Below are positions 57,119 to 64,000 of a DNA stretch of 64,000 nucleotides, piece by piece. The translations under genes were made by a program, and so were the position numbers. The notes under the pieces are model-generated. The model was not told the DNA's origin. It saw nothing but the letters and a program-made list of their open reading frames with translations, and searched no databases. The stretch lies in NCBI GenBank assembly GCA_021815445.1, contig JAKAGM010000001.1, positions 467,710-531,709 of the forward strand, written 5' to 3'. Source of the DNA: a bacterium (GTDB taxonomy: Bacteria; Patescibacteriota; Patescibacteriia; UBA10025). Position 1 is the stretch's first letter; each line of letters opens with the position of its first letter.

Positions 57119-57643
57119 CTAGCGCTGTTTATCGCGGAGAGCGAGGAGGCGGTCAGCTTTAATTTTCGCTTCCTGTTCGAGGAAAAATTTGTTGACCCCC
57201 GGGATGATCTTGAGCCAGTCCCTGATCAATTGGAGCACCTTGGCCACCTGGACTCTTACCTCCTGCATGAGGACGAGTATTTTTGAGGCCGTTTCTTCAC
57301 CCTGTTTTTGGAAAAGAATCTGTTTATCGAGCGGGAGCTCGAGATAAATCTCCTCTAGTCCTTGGGAAAGGATATTCTCAATCTCGATAAGCGCCTGGCT
57401 TTTTTCCGCCTGGGGGATGCTAGCTCCGGGAGCTTGCGGAGGGATTACAATAGATGGGCCTTCAGTTTCTTTTGAAGGGACAGCATGCTCTGGGCGAGCT
57501 TCAGGAGGAGTTGTTTCTATAGACTCCCTTCCTGCTTCCCGCTCAGGTAATGGAGTACGTTCTTTTTCAGATCCTACTTCAAAAATATCCTCGACATTCC
57601 GTTCAGGAGTTTGATTTTCCTGCTTTTCGTTCGGTAGGGGCAT
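57119..57643 (-). CDS. Small acidic Pro/Glu-rich protein with a C-terminal coiled-coil (175 aa); first gene of the ATPase operon. Trimmed relative to ORF track entry 57119..57991.
   Basis: The internal ATG at 57643 lies just downstream of a minus-strand promoter. The longer ORF would run through the divergent promoter of the + strand lipoprotein gene. Only 4 nt separate it from the ATPase gene. Confidence 0.5.
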   Translation of the reverse strand: MPLPNEKQENQTPERNVEDIFEVGSEKERTPLPEREAGRESIETTPPEARPEHAVPSKETEGPSIVIPPQAPGASIPQAEKSQALIEIENILSQGLEEIYLELPLDKQILFQKQGEETASKILVLMQEVRVQVAKVLQLIRDWLKIIPGVNKFFLEQEAKIKADRLLALRDKQR

Positions 57644-57676
57644 TAAAATGAAAAAATTTTTCTCAAATCCACGTAA

Positions 57677-57705
57677 AGTATACCAGATTTTAGTCATTTT
57701 GGCAA
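57677..57705 (-). promoter_or_regulatory. Minus-strand extended -10 promoter (TTGCCA-17-TGgTATACT) for the small-protein/ATPase/giant-protease operon.
   Basis: Reverse complement reads TTGCCAaaatgactaaaatcTGGTATACT. It lies ~30 nt upstream of the ATG at 57643. Confidence 0.5.
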
Positions 57706-57730
57706 GGTAACAAGGTGCCCTTGCTATACA

Positions 57731-57759
57731 TTGACAAATCGCTAAATACGTGCTAATAT
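57731..57759 (+). promoter_or_regulatory. Near-consensus sigma70 promoter TTGACA-17-TAATAT for the lipoprotein gene, divergent from the operon promoter.
   Basis: TTGACA at 57731-57736 and TAATAT at 57754-57759. Confidence 0.6.
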
Positions 57760-57809
57760 GCTCTGTTAAATCACGATTGTCCAGAAACCGTATGTAACAG
57801 GAGGATGTC

Positions 57810-58601
57810 ATGAAACGTACAAGTGCTCTTTTCATCATCATCGCAATCGCGATCACTACTTCTTCACTCTTTGGAGGATGCGCTGGAAGTTTCGCCCCGA
57901 GTGGACAGCTTTTGAACGGGGGCGCTTGGATCACATTCGGCGCGAACCCCTTTGCGTCGATTTTCCCACAGCAGCCGCGGATCCAGGACAAGACGTCTGG
58001 ATTCGACTACATACTGTCCGATGGGGACAGCTACATAGTGATGCAGCAGCTAACAGGCTTTTGTGTGTTCCCAAACGCGCCGTCAGGGTGGGAGGTCGTG
58101 AACTTCGATGCCCAGTATAGCGGCCCCGGATTCTTTGGCTGGCGGAATCGTATGATTTCGTCTCCGAGGGATCTGCCCGAATTCTATATCGGGTGGAAAG
58201 GATGTGGTAAGGGGCGTCTCACCTTATCATTCGACTACAAAAACGTCTCCACGGGCGAGTTGTTTTCGAACCAGTTTCGGAAAGAGTTGTCTCGCATGTC
58301 CGATGAGAAGCTCTCCAAACACCTCTTCGAAAAAGATAAGCAGGCCTGGTGGTCTGCAAGGGGGGAAGAACACAAGATGGTCGTTGCCGCCGTGGATACA
58401 TCGCACGCGGCAGTGAAGGACTATTCGGAGCTTCAGGGACAGAACGATTTGGTCCTCAGGGCACAAGTGCTCCAACAGAGCCCCGTCAAATACGAAGCTC
58501 TTGAAGCAGCGATCCACAGCATGTGGGTCGACAAGATCGTCGAGTGGGAACTGGCAGTGAGATTCACATTTATGTTCCCGCGAGAGTTGGCAGGGAACTA
58601 G
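57810..58601 (+). CDS. Predicted lipoprotein (263 aa).
   Basis: Signal peptide with lipobox LFGGC (MKRTSALFIIIAIAITTSSLFGGCAGS). No recognised catalytic motif. Confidence 0.65.
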   Translation: MKRTSALFIIIAIAITTSSLFGGCAGSFAPSGQLLNGGAWITFGANPFASIFPQQPRIQDKTSGFDYILSDGDSYIVMQQLTGFCVFPNAPSGWEVVNFDAQYSGPGFFGWRNRMISSPRDLPEFYIGWKGCGKGRLTLSFDYKNVSTGELFSNQFRKELSRMSDEKLSKHLFEKDKQAWWSARGEEHKMVVAAVDTSHAAVKDYSELQGQNDLVLRAQVLQQSPVKYEALEAAIHSMWVDKIVEWELAVRFTFMFPRELAGN

Positions 58602-58675
58602 CGCGCTCTTTCGACATCGACATTGTGGCGCCGTCTGATCTTTAGATGGCGCCATTTTCTTTTTGCAAATGTGAC

Positions 58676-58704
58676 TTGAAAAAAAGTGAAAAGTGTGTTA
58701 CAAT
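58676..58704 (+). promoter_or_regulatory. Extended -10 promoter TTGAAA-17-TGtTACAAT upstream of the Clp-D1-like gene.
   Basis: TTGAAA at 58676-58681 and TGTTACAAT at 58696-58704. Confidence 0.5.
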
Positions 58705-58800
58705 ATACGCATACGTGATTTTTTGTATCACAATTGACGGACAGTCAAAGAAGGCCGTCCGTTTCCCAACGCGCATCCTCCTTCATTACACATTTAACGT

Positions 58801-59781
58801 ATGCCCATAACTTTGAGCTCGTCTCTGATTATCATCTTTGTGGTGCTTTTTGTCGTCATTTTTTGGATGTACAGGGAAAACACCAAAACATCGTTTAAGT
58901 TCAAAGTGCTTGATCTCTACTCGAAAGACCTGACGGCGCTGGCCAGAGCAGGACAGATAGATCCGGTCATCGGGAGAAAGCATGAAATTGAACGGGTGAT
59001 TCAGATTCTTTCCCGCAGGACAAAAAATAACCCCGTATTGATCGGTAAATCCGGCGTCGGCAAAACTGCAATAGCGGACGAGCTCGCCAGCATGATAGCC
59101 CGGGGCGAGGTGCCCTCTATCCTGAAGGACAAACGCGTGCTAGCCCTGGATCTTTCCGGACTGGTGGCCGGGACGAAATACCGCGGTGAGTTTGAGAAAA
59201 GGCTCAAGTCATTGACCGATGAGATTATCGCATCGCAGAGGAATATCATCCTCTTTATCGACGAACTCCACACGCTCGCCGAGGCCGGCGAAGCTTCGGG
59301 CGCCATCGATGCGGCGGACATCCTGAAACCGGCGCTCTCCAGGGGCGAACTGCAGGTGATAGGCGCTACAACGATGGAGGAATACCAAAAATACGTGGAA
59401 AAAGACCTGACGCTTGAGCGGCGTTTCCAGCCCGTCCTGATTAACGAGCCGTCGAAGGAAGACACGCTTGAAATCCTCAAAGGTATCCGTGAGCGCTACG
59501 AGAAACATCACCATGTGGAAATCACTGATGCAGCCCTCAAGAAATCCATCGAGCTTTCTGACCAGTACATCAAAGACCGCGTGTTTCCCGACAAAGCGAT
59601 CGACCTGATCGACGAGGCATCGGCAAAAGTGCGGCTTAAGAAGCTTGAGGACCGCCTGGCGGGCAAACATGAACGCCGGGTGGTGGAAGCGGATGATATC
59701 GTGGAGATCATGAATGAATGGCGAAACGACGCCACGATAGTCCACGCCGCGGAAAACGCTATAGACGCAAAGAAAGCCTGA
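58801..59781 (+). CDS. Membrane-anchored single-module AAA+ protein homologous to the first nucleotide-binding domain (D1) of ClpB/ClpA/ClpC; no D2 and no N-domain.
   Basis: N-terminal [17 protein letters not shown]1-type sequence [50 protein letters not shown]...LFIDELHTL...[10 protein letters not shown]. Only 326 aa. Confidence 0.75.
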   Translation: MPITLSSSLIIIFVVLFVVIFWMYRENTKTSFKFKVLDLYSKDLTALARAGQIDPVIGRKHEIERVIQILSRRTKNNPVLIGKSGVGKTAIADELASMIARGEVPSILKDKRVLALDLSGLVAGTKYRGEFEKRLKSLTDEIIASQRNIILFIDELHTLAEAGEASGAIDAADILKPALSRGELQVIGATTMEEYQKYVEKDLTLERRFQPVLINEPSKEDTLEILKGIRERYEKHHHVEITDAALKKSIELSDQYIKDRVFPDKAIDLIDEASAKVRLKKLEDRLAGKHERRVVEADDIVEIMNEWRNDATIVHAAENAIDAKKA

Positions 59782-59872
59782 ACGGCACAAAGGAAGCCAA
59801 CCTATACAACACCTTCACCTCTACAATACTCTTTCTCGGACGAAAGAACTGTTTACCCCGCAGGGGTCGACG

Positions 59873-61186
59873 GTGTCTTTGTATACCTGCGGCCCGACGG
59901 TTTACAATTACGCCCACATCGGCAACTTGCGCACGTACATTTTTGAAGACATCGTGAAACGGACATTGCTGGCTGATCGCTATCGGGTGAAGCATGTCAT
60001 GAATATCACCGATGTCGGCCACCTCACGTCTGACGCCGACGAAGGAGAGGATAAAATGGAAAAAGGCGCAAAAAGGGAACGCAGGTCCGTCTGGGATATC
60101 GCCGCTTTTTACACGGACGCCTTTAAGCAGAATATGCGGGAGCTCAACATCCTCGACCCCGACATCTGGGCAAAAGCTACGGACCACATTAAAGAACAGG
60201 TAGCGTGGATACAGAAGCTCGAGAAACTCGGGTATACCTACCAGATATCCGACGGAATCTACTTTGACACGTCAAAATTCCCTTCCTACGGCGCTCTGAC
60301 CGGCCAGAAACTCCATGAACTCAAAGAGGGGGCGCGCGTGGAAAAAAACGCCGAGAAGCGGCATCCGACCGACTTTGCGCTATGGAAACTTTCTCCCCAG
60401 GGTTCGAAGCGGCAAATGGAATGGCCGAGTCCGTGGGGGACCGGATTTCCCGGATGGCATATCGAATGCTCCGTCATGGCCCAAAAGTTTCTCGGCGAAA
60501 CTATCGATATCCATTGCGGGGGCATTGACCACATACCTACCCACCATACGAATGAGATCGCGCAGGCTGAAGCGGTGACAGGCAAACCGTTCGTGCATTA
60601 TTGGGTGCACGGTGAGTTTCTCGTATTGAATAAAATAAAAATGGCAAAGTCAGGGGACCATTTCATCACCCTGCAGGCAGTCAAGGATAAGGGCATCTCC
60701 CCTCTCGCGTACCGGTATTTCTGCCTCGGCGCGCATTACCGGTCGAAACTTACCTTCTCCTGGGATGCGCTGCAGGGAGCTCAAAATGCCCTGGACCATT
60801 TGTACAAGGAAGTTGAATCGTACGGTAGTCCGAAAATCGGATGTGCTGAATATGAGCAGAAATTTTCCAGGACAATTAATGATGATCTGGACACGCCGCG
60901 GGCTCTCGCCATCATGTGGGATCTGATAAAATCAAAGAACCCGGGATCGGCTAAAAAACAAACGCTGCTCATGTTCGACAAGGTGCTCGGCCTTCGTTTG
61001 GATAAAGTAAAAAAAGAAAAGATGACGGTCACTGACGCCGTTCGGGAACTCGTTGAAAAGCGTGAGCAGGCAAGGAAAAAAAAAGATTTTAAGAAGTCTG
61101 ACGAGCTAAGAAAACGAATTCAAGAACAAGGCTACGACGTTCAAGACACAGATCGAGGACCGGTAATCAAAAAAATCCGCCGATGA
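59873..61186 (+). CDS. cysS: Cysteinyl-tRNA synthetase (compact form).
   Basis: Class I motifs [13 protein letters not shown] (HIGN variant of HIGH) and KMAKSGDHF (KMSKS), plus Zn-binding Cys/His residues. Confidence 0.9.
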   Translation: MSLYTCGPTVYNYAHIGNLRTYIFEDIVKRTLLADRYRVKHVMNITDVGHLTSDADEGEDKMEKGAKRERRSVWDIAAFYTDAFKQNMRELNILDPDIWAKATDHIKEQVAWIQKLEKLGYTYQISDGIYFDTSKFPSYGALTGQKLHELKEGARVEKNAEKRHPTDFALWKLSPQGSKRQMEWPSPWGTGFPGWHIECSVMAQKFLGETIDIHCGGIDHIPTHHTNEIAQAEAVTGKPFVHYWVHGEFLVLNKIKMAKSGDHFITLQAVKDKGISPLAYRYFCLGAHYRSKLTFSWDALQGAQNALDHLYKEVESYGSPKIGCAEYEQKFSRTINDDLDTPRALAIMWDLIKSKNPGSAKKQTLLMFDKVLGLRLDKVKKEKMTVTDAVRELVEKREQARKKKDFKKSDELRKRIQEQGYDVQDTDRGPVIKKIRR

Positions 61187-62157
61187 CCAACTTCTGGGCA
61201 GAGTTAAAAAAACCCATCATCGCACTCGCACCCATGGCCGGCGTCACTGACGCCGCTTTTAGGCTTGTGTGCAAAGACTTCGGCGCTGACGTCATTTACA
61301 CTGAATTTGCTTCCACGAACGCACTCGTCCATGGCAATGAAGCGACGCGGAAGATGATAGCCTTCGACCCCGGGGAACAGCCCGTCGTTTGCCAGATATT
61401 CGGCAGCGATCCTGAGATGTACGGCAAAGCCGCCGGCATCCTCGAAGAGATGGGTTTTGCCGGCGTCGATATCAATTTCGGCTGCCCCGCGTACAAAGTG
61501 GTGGCGCACGGCGGGGGCGTCTCGCTCATGCGCGATCCGAAACGCTGCGCGGAGCTTGTCCAGGCGGCGTGCGAAGGGGTAAAGAGCATTCCTGTGTCTA
61601 TAAAAATACGCGCAAGCATATGCAAAGAAAACTGCGATCGCAAGGATCCGGCGAACCATGTGACGGCACTCGACTTGGTTGACGCGATCAAACATCTGTC
61701 CGTAGCGGCGGTGATGATCCACGGCAGGAGTTATGAGAAACCTTTCGACGGAGAGACAAACACCGACGTCATCAGGCAAGTCAAGCGCGCTTTCAAAGGA
61801 ATTGTCATCGCCAACGGCGGCATCTATACACCGGAGGATGCGAAACGCATGCTCGATGAAACGGGCGCAGACGGTGTAGGCCTGGCCCGGGGTGTCCGAG
61901 GGTCTCCCTGGCTTTTCAAACAAATAAAAGATTATCTCGCAACAGGGGCCTACAAAGAATTCTCATGGGAAGAGAGGAAACAACTTGCGCTCAAACACTC
62001 TGCAGCGGCCCTCAAAACAAAGGGCGGGTGGGGTATCGTAGAAATGCGCAAGCACCTGGCTTGGTACGTCCACGGGACGCCGCATGCTGCGCGCCTTCGG
62101 GCACAATTGGTCAGAGTAAAAACCCTGAAGGACGTTGAAACCATCCTCGCTGAGTAA
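61183..62157 (+). CDS. tRNA-dihydrouridine synthase (Dus family, DusB-like).
   Basis: [18 protein letters not shown], catalytic NFGCP, and the TIM-barrel FMN-binding pattern. Confidence 0.9.
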   Translation: MTNFWAELKKPIIALAPMAGVTDAAFRLVCKDFGADVIYTEFASTNALVHGNEATRKMIAFDPGEQPVVCQIFGSDPEMYGKAAGILEEMGFAGVDINFGCPAYKVVAHGGGVSLMRDPKRCAELVQAACEGVKSIPVSIKIRASICKENCDRKDPANHVTALDLVDAIKHLSVAAVMIHGRSYEKPFDGETNTDVIRQVKRAFKGIVIANGGIYTPEDAKRMLDETGADGVGLARGVRGSPWLFKQIKDYLATGAYKEFSWEERKQLALKHSAAALKTKGGWGIVEMRKHLAWYVHGTPHAARLRAQLVRVKTLKDVETILAE

Positions 62158-62403
62158 AAGTGCCTTTATCTGTCACTCTGAGGACCCCGCCGCTCGCGAG
62201 CAGCGGGGAACGAAGAATCTCCTCGCCTCTGGCGAGGCAATCCTTCACCCTCGTCTGATTCCCGTTCAGGGCATGAGGCCTTCAAGGCTGAAAACGGGTA
62301 CAGGATGACAAAGAAAACGGCATTTTTAAATGCTCAAGAAAACACAAACGTTCGTATTGATCGAACGTCAACTTTTCTATTTATGAACCTTGATGACGAT
62401 TAC

Positions 62404-63120
62404 CTAGATATCGTACTTGAACTTTTTGTTCTCGCTCGCACCGCCTTTAATGAGAATCATGGCGGCTATGGGCAGGATAATCCAGACGAACTTCGCGTTT
62501 GGCGAGGCAAAAAGCTGCCGCGTCATCGGTGCGAGGTGGTTCGAAGCTTCCGGCGGAAGGAACGATAATGTAATACTCACGATCAGGCCCACGTGAAGTA
62601 CGCTGAACAGCAATACCTGCCACCACGACCCCGCCGAATCGGACGAAGCAATAGTTTTGACCAGTGCAGAACGCGAGAGCATGAAAAAAAGGACGATGAA
62701 AACAAGGAGAAATGCGGAGATGCGGAACACGAACAACTGAGAAACAGCGTTATTTATCCCCTGCTGAAAATTCGGGTCGGAAATAAACGGAGCGTGTTCG
62801 ACGATGGCAAGTGACATGTAGATAGAGACGAGGATAACGATGATTCTGTCGCGCCCAAGTGAAAGTCCGTAGAGAAACGCCGCGATGATGAAAAAGAGAA
62901 CTATGAAGAGATCCCAGCTCGGCTGTGACCAGTTGATGTTTTGCAAGAAGTTTGCGCTCTCTGCTGCTTGCGCCGCGTGGATGAATAACATAGATAAGAG
63001 GAAATCAAAGCTCAACAAAACGATTATAGCACAAAAGAAGAAAAAAAGCAACTCAAAGACAGTGTAGAAGCTTTTTTTTATAAAAGAAAAAAGGTCAGCC
63101 GAGCCGACCTTTGTACTCAT
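62404..63120 (-). CDS. Hypothetical polytopic membrane protein.
   Basis: Six hydrophobic helices. No recognised motif. Confidence 0.45.
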   Translation of the reverse strand: MSTKVGSADLFSFIKKSFYTVFELLFFFFCAIIVLLSFDFLLSMLFIHAAQAAESANFLQNINWSQPSWDLFIVLFFIIAAFLYGLSLGRDRIIVILVSIYMSLAIVEHAPFISDPNFQQGINNAVSQLFVFRISAFLLVFIVLFFMLSRSALVKTIASSDSAGSWWQVLLFSVLHVGLIVSITLSFLPPEASNHLAPMTRQLFASPNAKFVWIILPIAAMILIKGGASENKKFKYDI

Positions 63121-63128
63121 GTATACAT

Positions 63129-63512
63129 TTAGGCGATGAGTAGGGTTCCTTTAAGTTGGAAGGAGCCCCGAGCACCAGCGTCATCAATGTAATACGTGAT
63201 ATTACTCAGGAGTCCGTCTTCATCCGCACCAGGCCCCCGGACAATACGGATACGCTTCGTGAGCGGCACCGGAAGCTGGTGTAATACGGCTCCTCGAATA
63301 CACGCGAGCGCTGCCGTTTCATCACATATGGTGGCGGTCATCATCCTGACATACCCATGGGAATCAGGCGGACCCTGCAGGACGGTGATACAGCCGTTGG
63401 CCACGGTGACGAGCAGGTAAGGATCTTGGTGGTCGCGCGGATCGAAAGGGATGCTCATGGCGGGCAAGGAGCTTTCAATACTGCTACACGCGTTCATGAA
63501 GGGACTCCACAT
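63129..63512 (-). CDS. Hypothetical protein (127 aa). Overlaps the upstream ORF by 19 nt in another frame, so the two may be one gene with a frameshift.
   Basis: ORF track only. Confidence 0.35.
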   Translation of the reverse strand: MWSPFMNACSSIESSLPAMSIPFDPRDHQDPYLLVTVANGCITVLQGPPDSHGYVRMMTATICDETAALACIRGAVLHQLPVPLTKRIRIVRGPGADEDGLLSNITYYIDDAGARGSFQLKGTLLIA

Positions 63513-63967
63513 TGTGTGCGGTCTTCCTCGAGGATGATCCCGAGGATACAGCTGGTCTGATGTTCTTCTGGGTCACCCTTAATCTCGAAGCAGAGTCTTG
63601 CCGCAATGCTGACCGTATGCTTGCGCGACCTGTCTGGTAACAGAGCTTCAATCTCTGCGAGCGCCATAGGCTCCGCGGCAGACCAGTCAAACTGACGAAT
63701 CGCATGACTGACCCAAGCGGCGGGGTCGGATTCGTTTTTGATGCTGATCCGGTACATCTCGAAGTGCTGACCAGGCTCGTCGGAAGTGTAGCGCAATGCA
63801 TAAAAGGCATTGCAAAGGATTTCCCCCGGGCCCCATTCATTTCCGGAAATGAAGAAGAGTGTGCCTCCGGAGGTCATCAGGTCCCCAAGATAATACCGCT
63901 CCTTGACCGAGCATCCGCGCGCTTCCAGATCTTTAAGATTCCAGGTACTGACAGCCGGCGTTACCAT
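63494..63967 (-). CDS. Hypothetical protein (157 aa).
   Basis: ORF track only. The start lies near the window edge. Confidence 0.35.
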   Translation of the reverse strand: MVTPAVSTWNLKDLEARGCSVKERYYLGDLMTSGGTLFFISGNEWGPGEILCNAFYALRYTSDEPGQHFEMYRISIKNESDPAAWVSHAIRQFDWSAAEPMALAEIEALLPDRSRKHTVSIAARLCFEIKGDPEEHQTSCILGIILEEDRTQCGVPS

Positions 63968-64000
63968 GTTTCATGCTCCTTCTTTTTGACAGTGAACGAT

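Noticed and set aside
57644-57991. N-terminal 116-codon extension of ORF 57119..57991
   Set aside because: The extension runs across two divergent promoters (57677-57705 and 57731-57759) and overlaps the lipoprotein gene start. The internal ATG at 57643 gives a sensible gene.
1-64000. CRISPR arrays, rRNA genes, integrases or phage structural genes
   Set aside because: No regularly spaced direct repeats, no rRNA-like conserved blocks, and no tyrosine or serine recombinase motifs were found in any ORF of the window.

Overview
This 64-kb window is densely coding, with about 50 genes, two tRNAs, moderately high GC and the standard genetic code (UGA is a stop). Gene content suggests a small-genome, sortase-using (monoderm-type) bacterium: two LPXTG-anchored giant surface proteins, nucleotide interconversion genes rather than full de novo purine synthesis, tRNA genes that do not encode CCA, and many small membrane proteins. 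This is compatible with a Candidate Phyla Radiation/Patescibacteria-like lineage, but taxonomy cannot be verified from sequence alone.

Layout:
- 1-15.3 kb, + strand: a cell-surface island. It holds a beta-solenoid protein, a 2486-aa vWA/CnaB-SdrD-B/DUF11/LPTTG adhesin with a 1155-bp internal tandem duplication, an 821-aa Cys-rich-repeat/DUF11/LPVTG protein, a CAP-domain protein and a Big_2 protein.
- 15.5-24.6 kb, mostly - strand: a long operon-like run with a CBS protein, membrane proteins, Fpg plus a standalone Pol-X 8-kDa-like HhH protein, a metzincin, an RskA-like protein, an IS200/RAYT-like Y1 transposase homolog, and RarA.
- 25.5-41.8 kb: polyprenyl synthase plus UppS, tRNA-Pro, then the purC-purB-(divergent purA-like) and guaA/guaB nucleotide genes, an FTR1 iron permease, an amidohydrolase and myo-inositol-1-phosphate synthase.
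- 41.9-45.8 kb: a 1291-aa S8 subtilase with dockerin-like and FG-GAP repeats.
- 46.6-48.4 kb: tRNA-Gln and dnaX.
- 50.3-57.7 kb, - strand: the most unusual locus. It is an apparent operon of a small acidic protein, a membrane-anchored VirB4/TraC-like P-loop ATPase, and a 1416-aa secreted metzincin protease with FG-GAP repeats, a Cys-rich module and a C-terminal Hint (intein-like) domain.
- 57.8-64 kb: a lipoprotein, a membrane-anchored single-domain Clp-D1-like AAA+ protein, cysS, dus and hypothetical proteins.

No CRISPR array, rRNA, or reverse transcriptase was seen.
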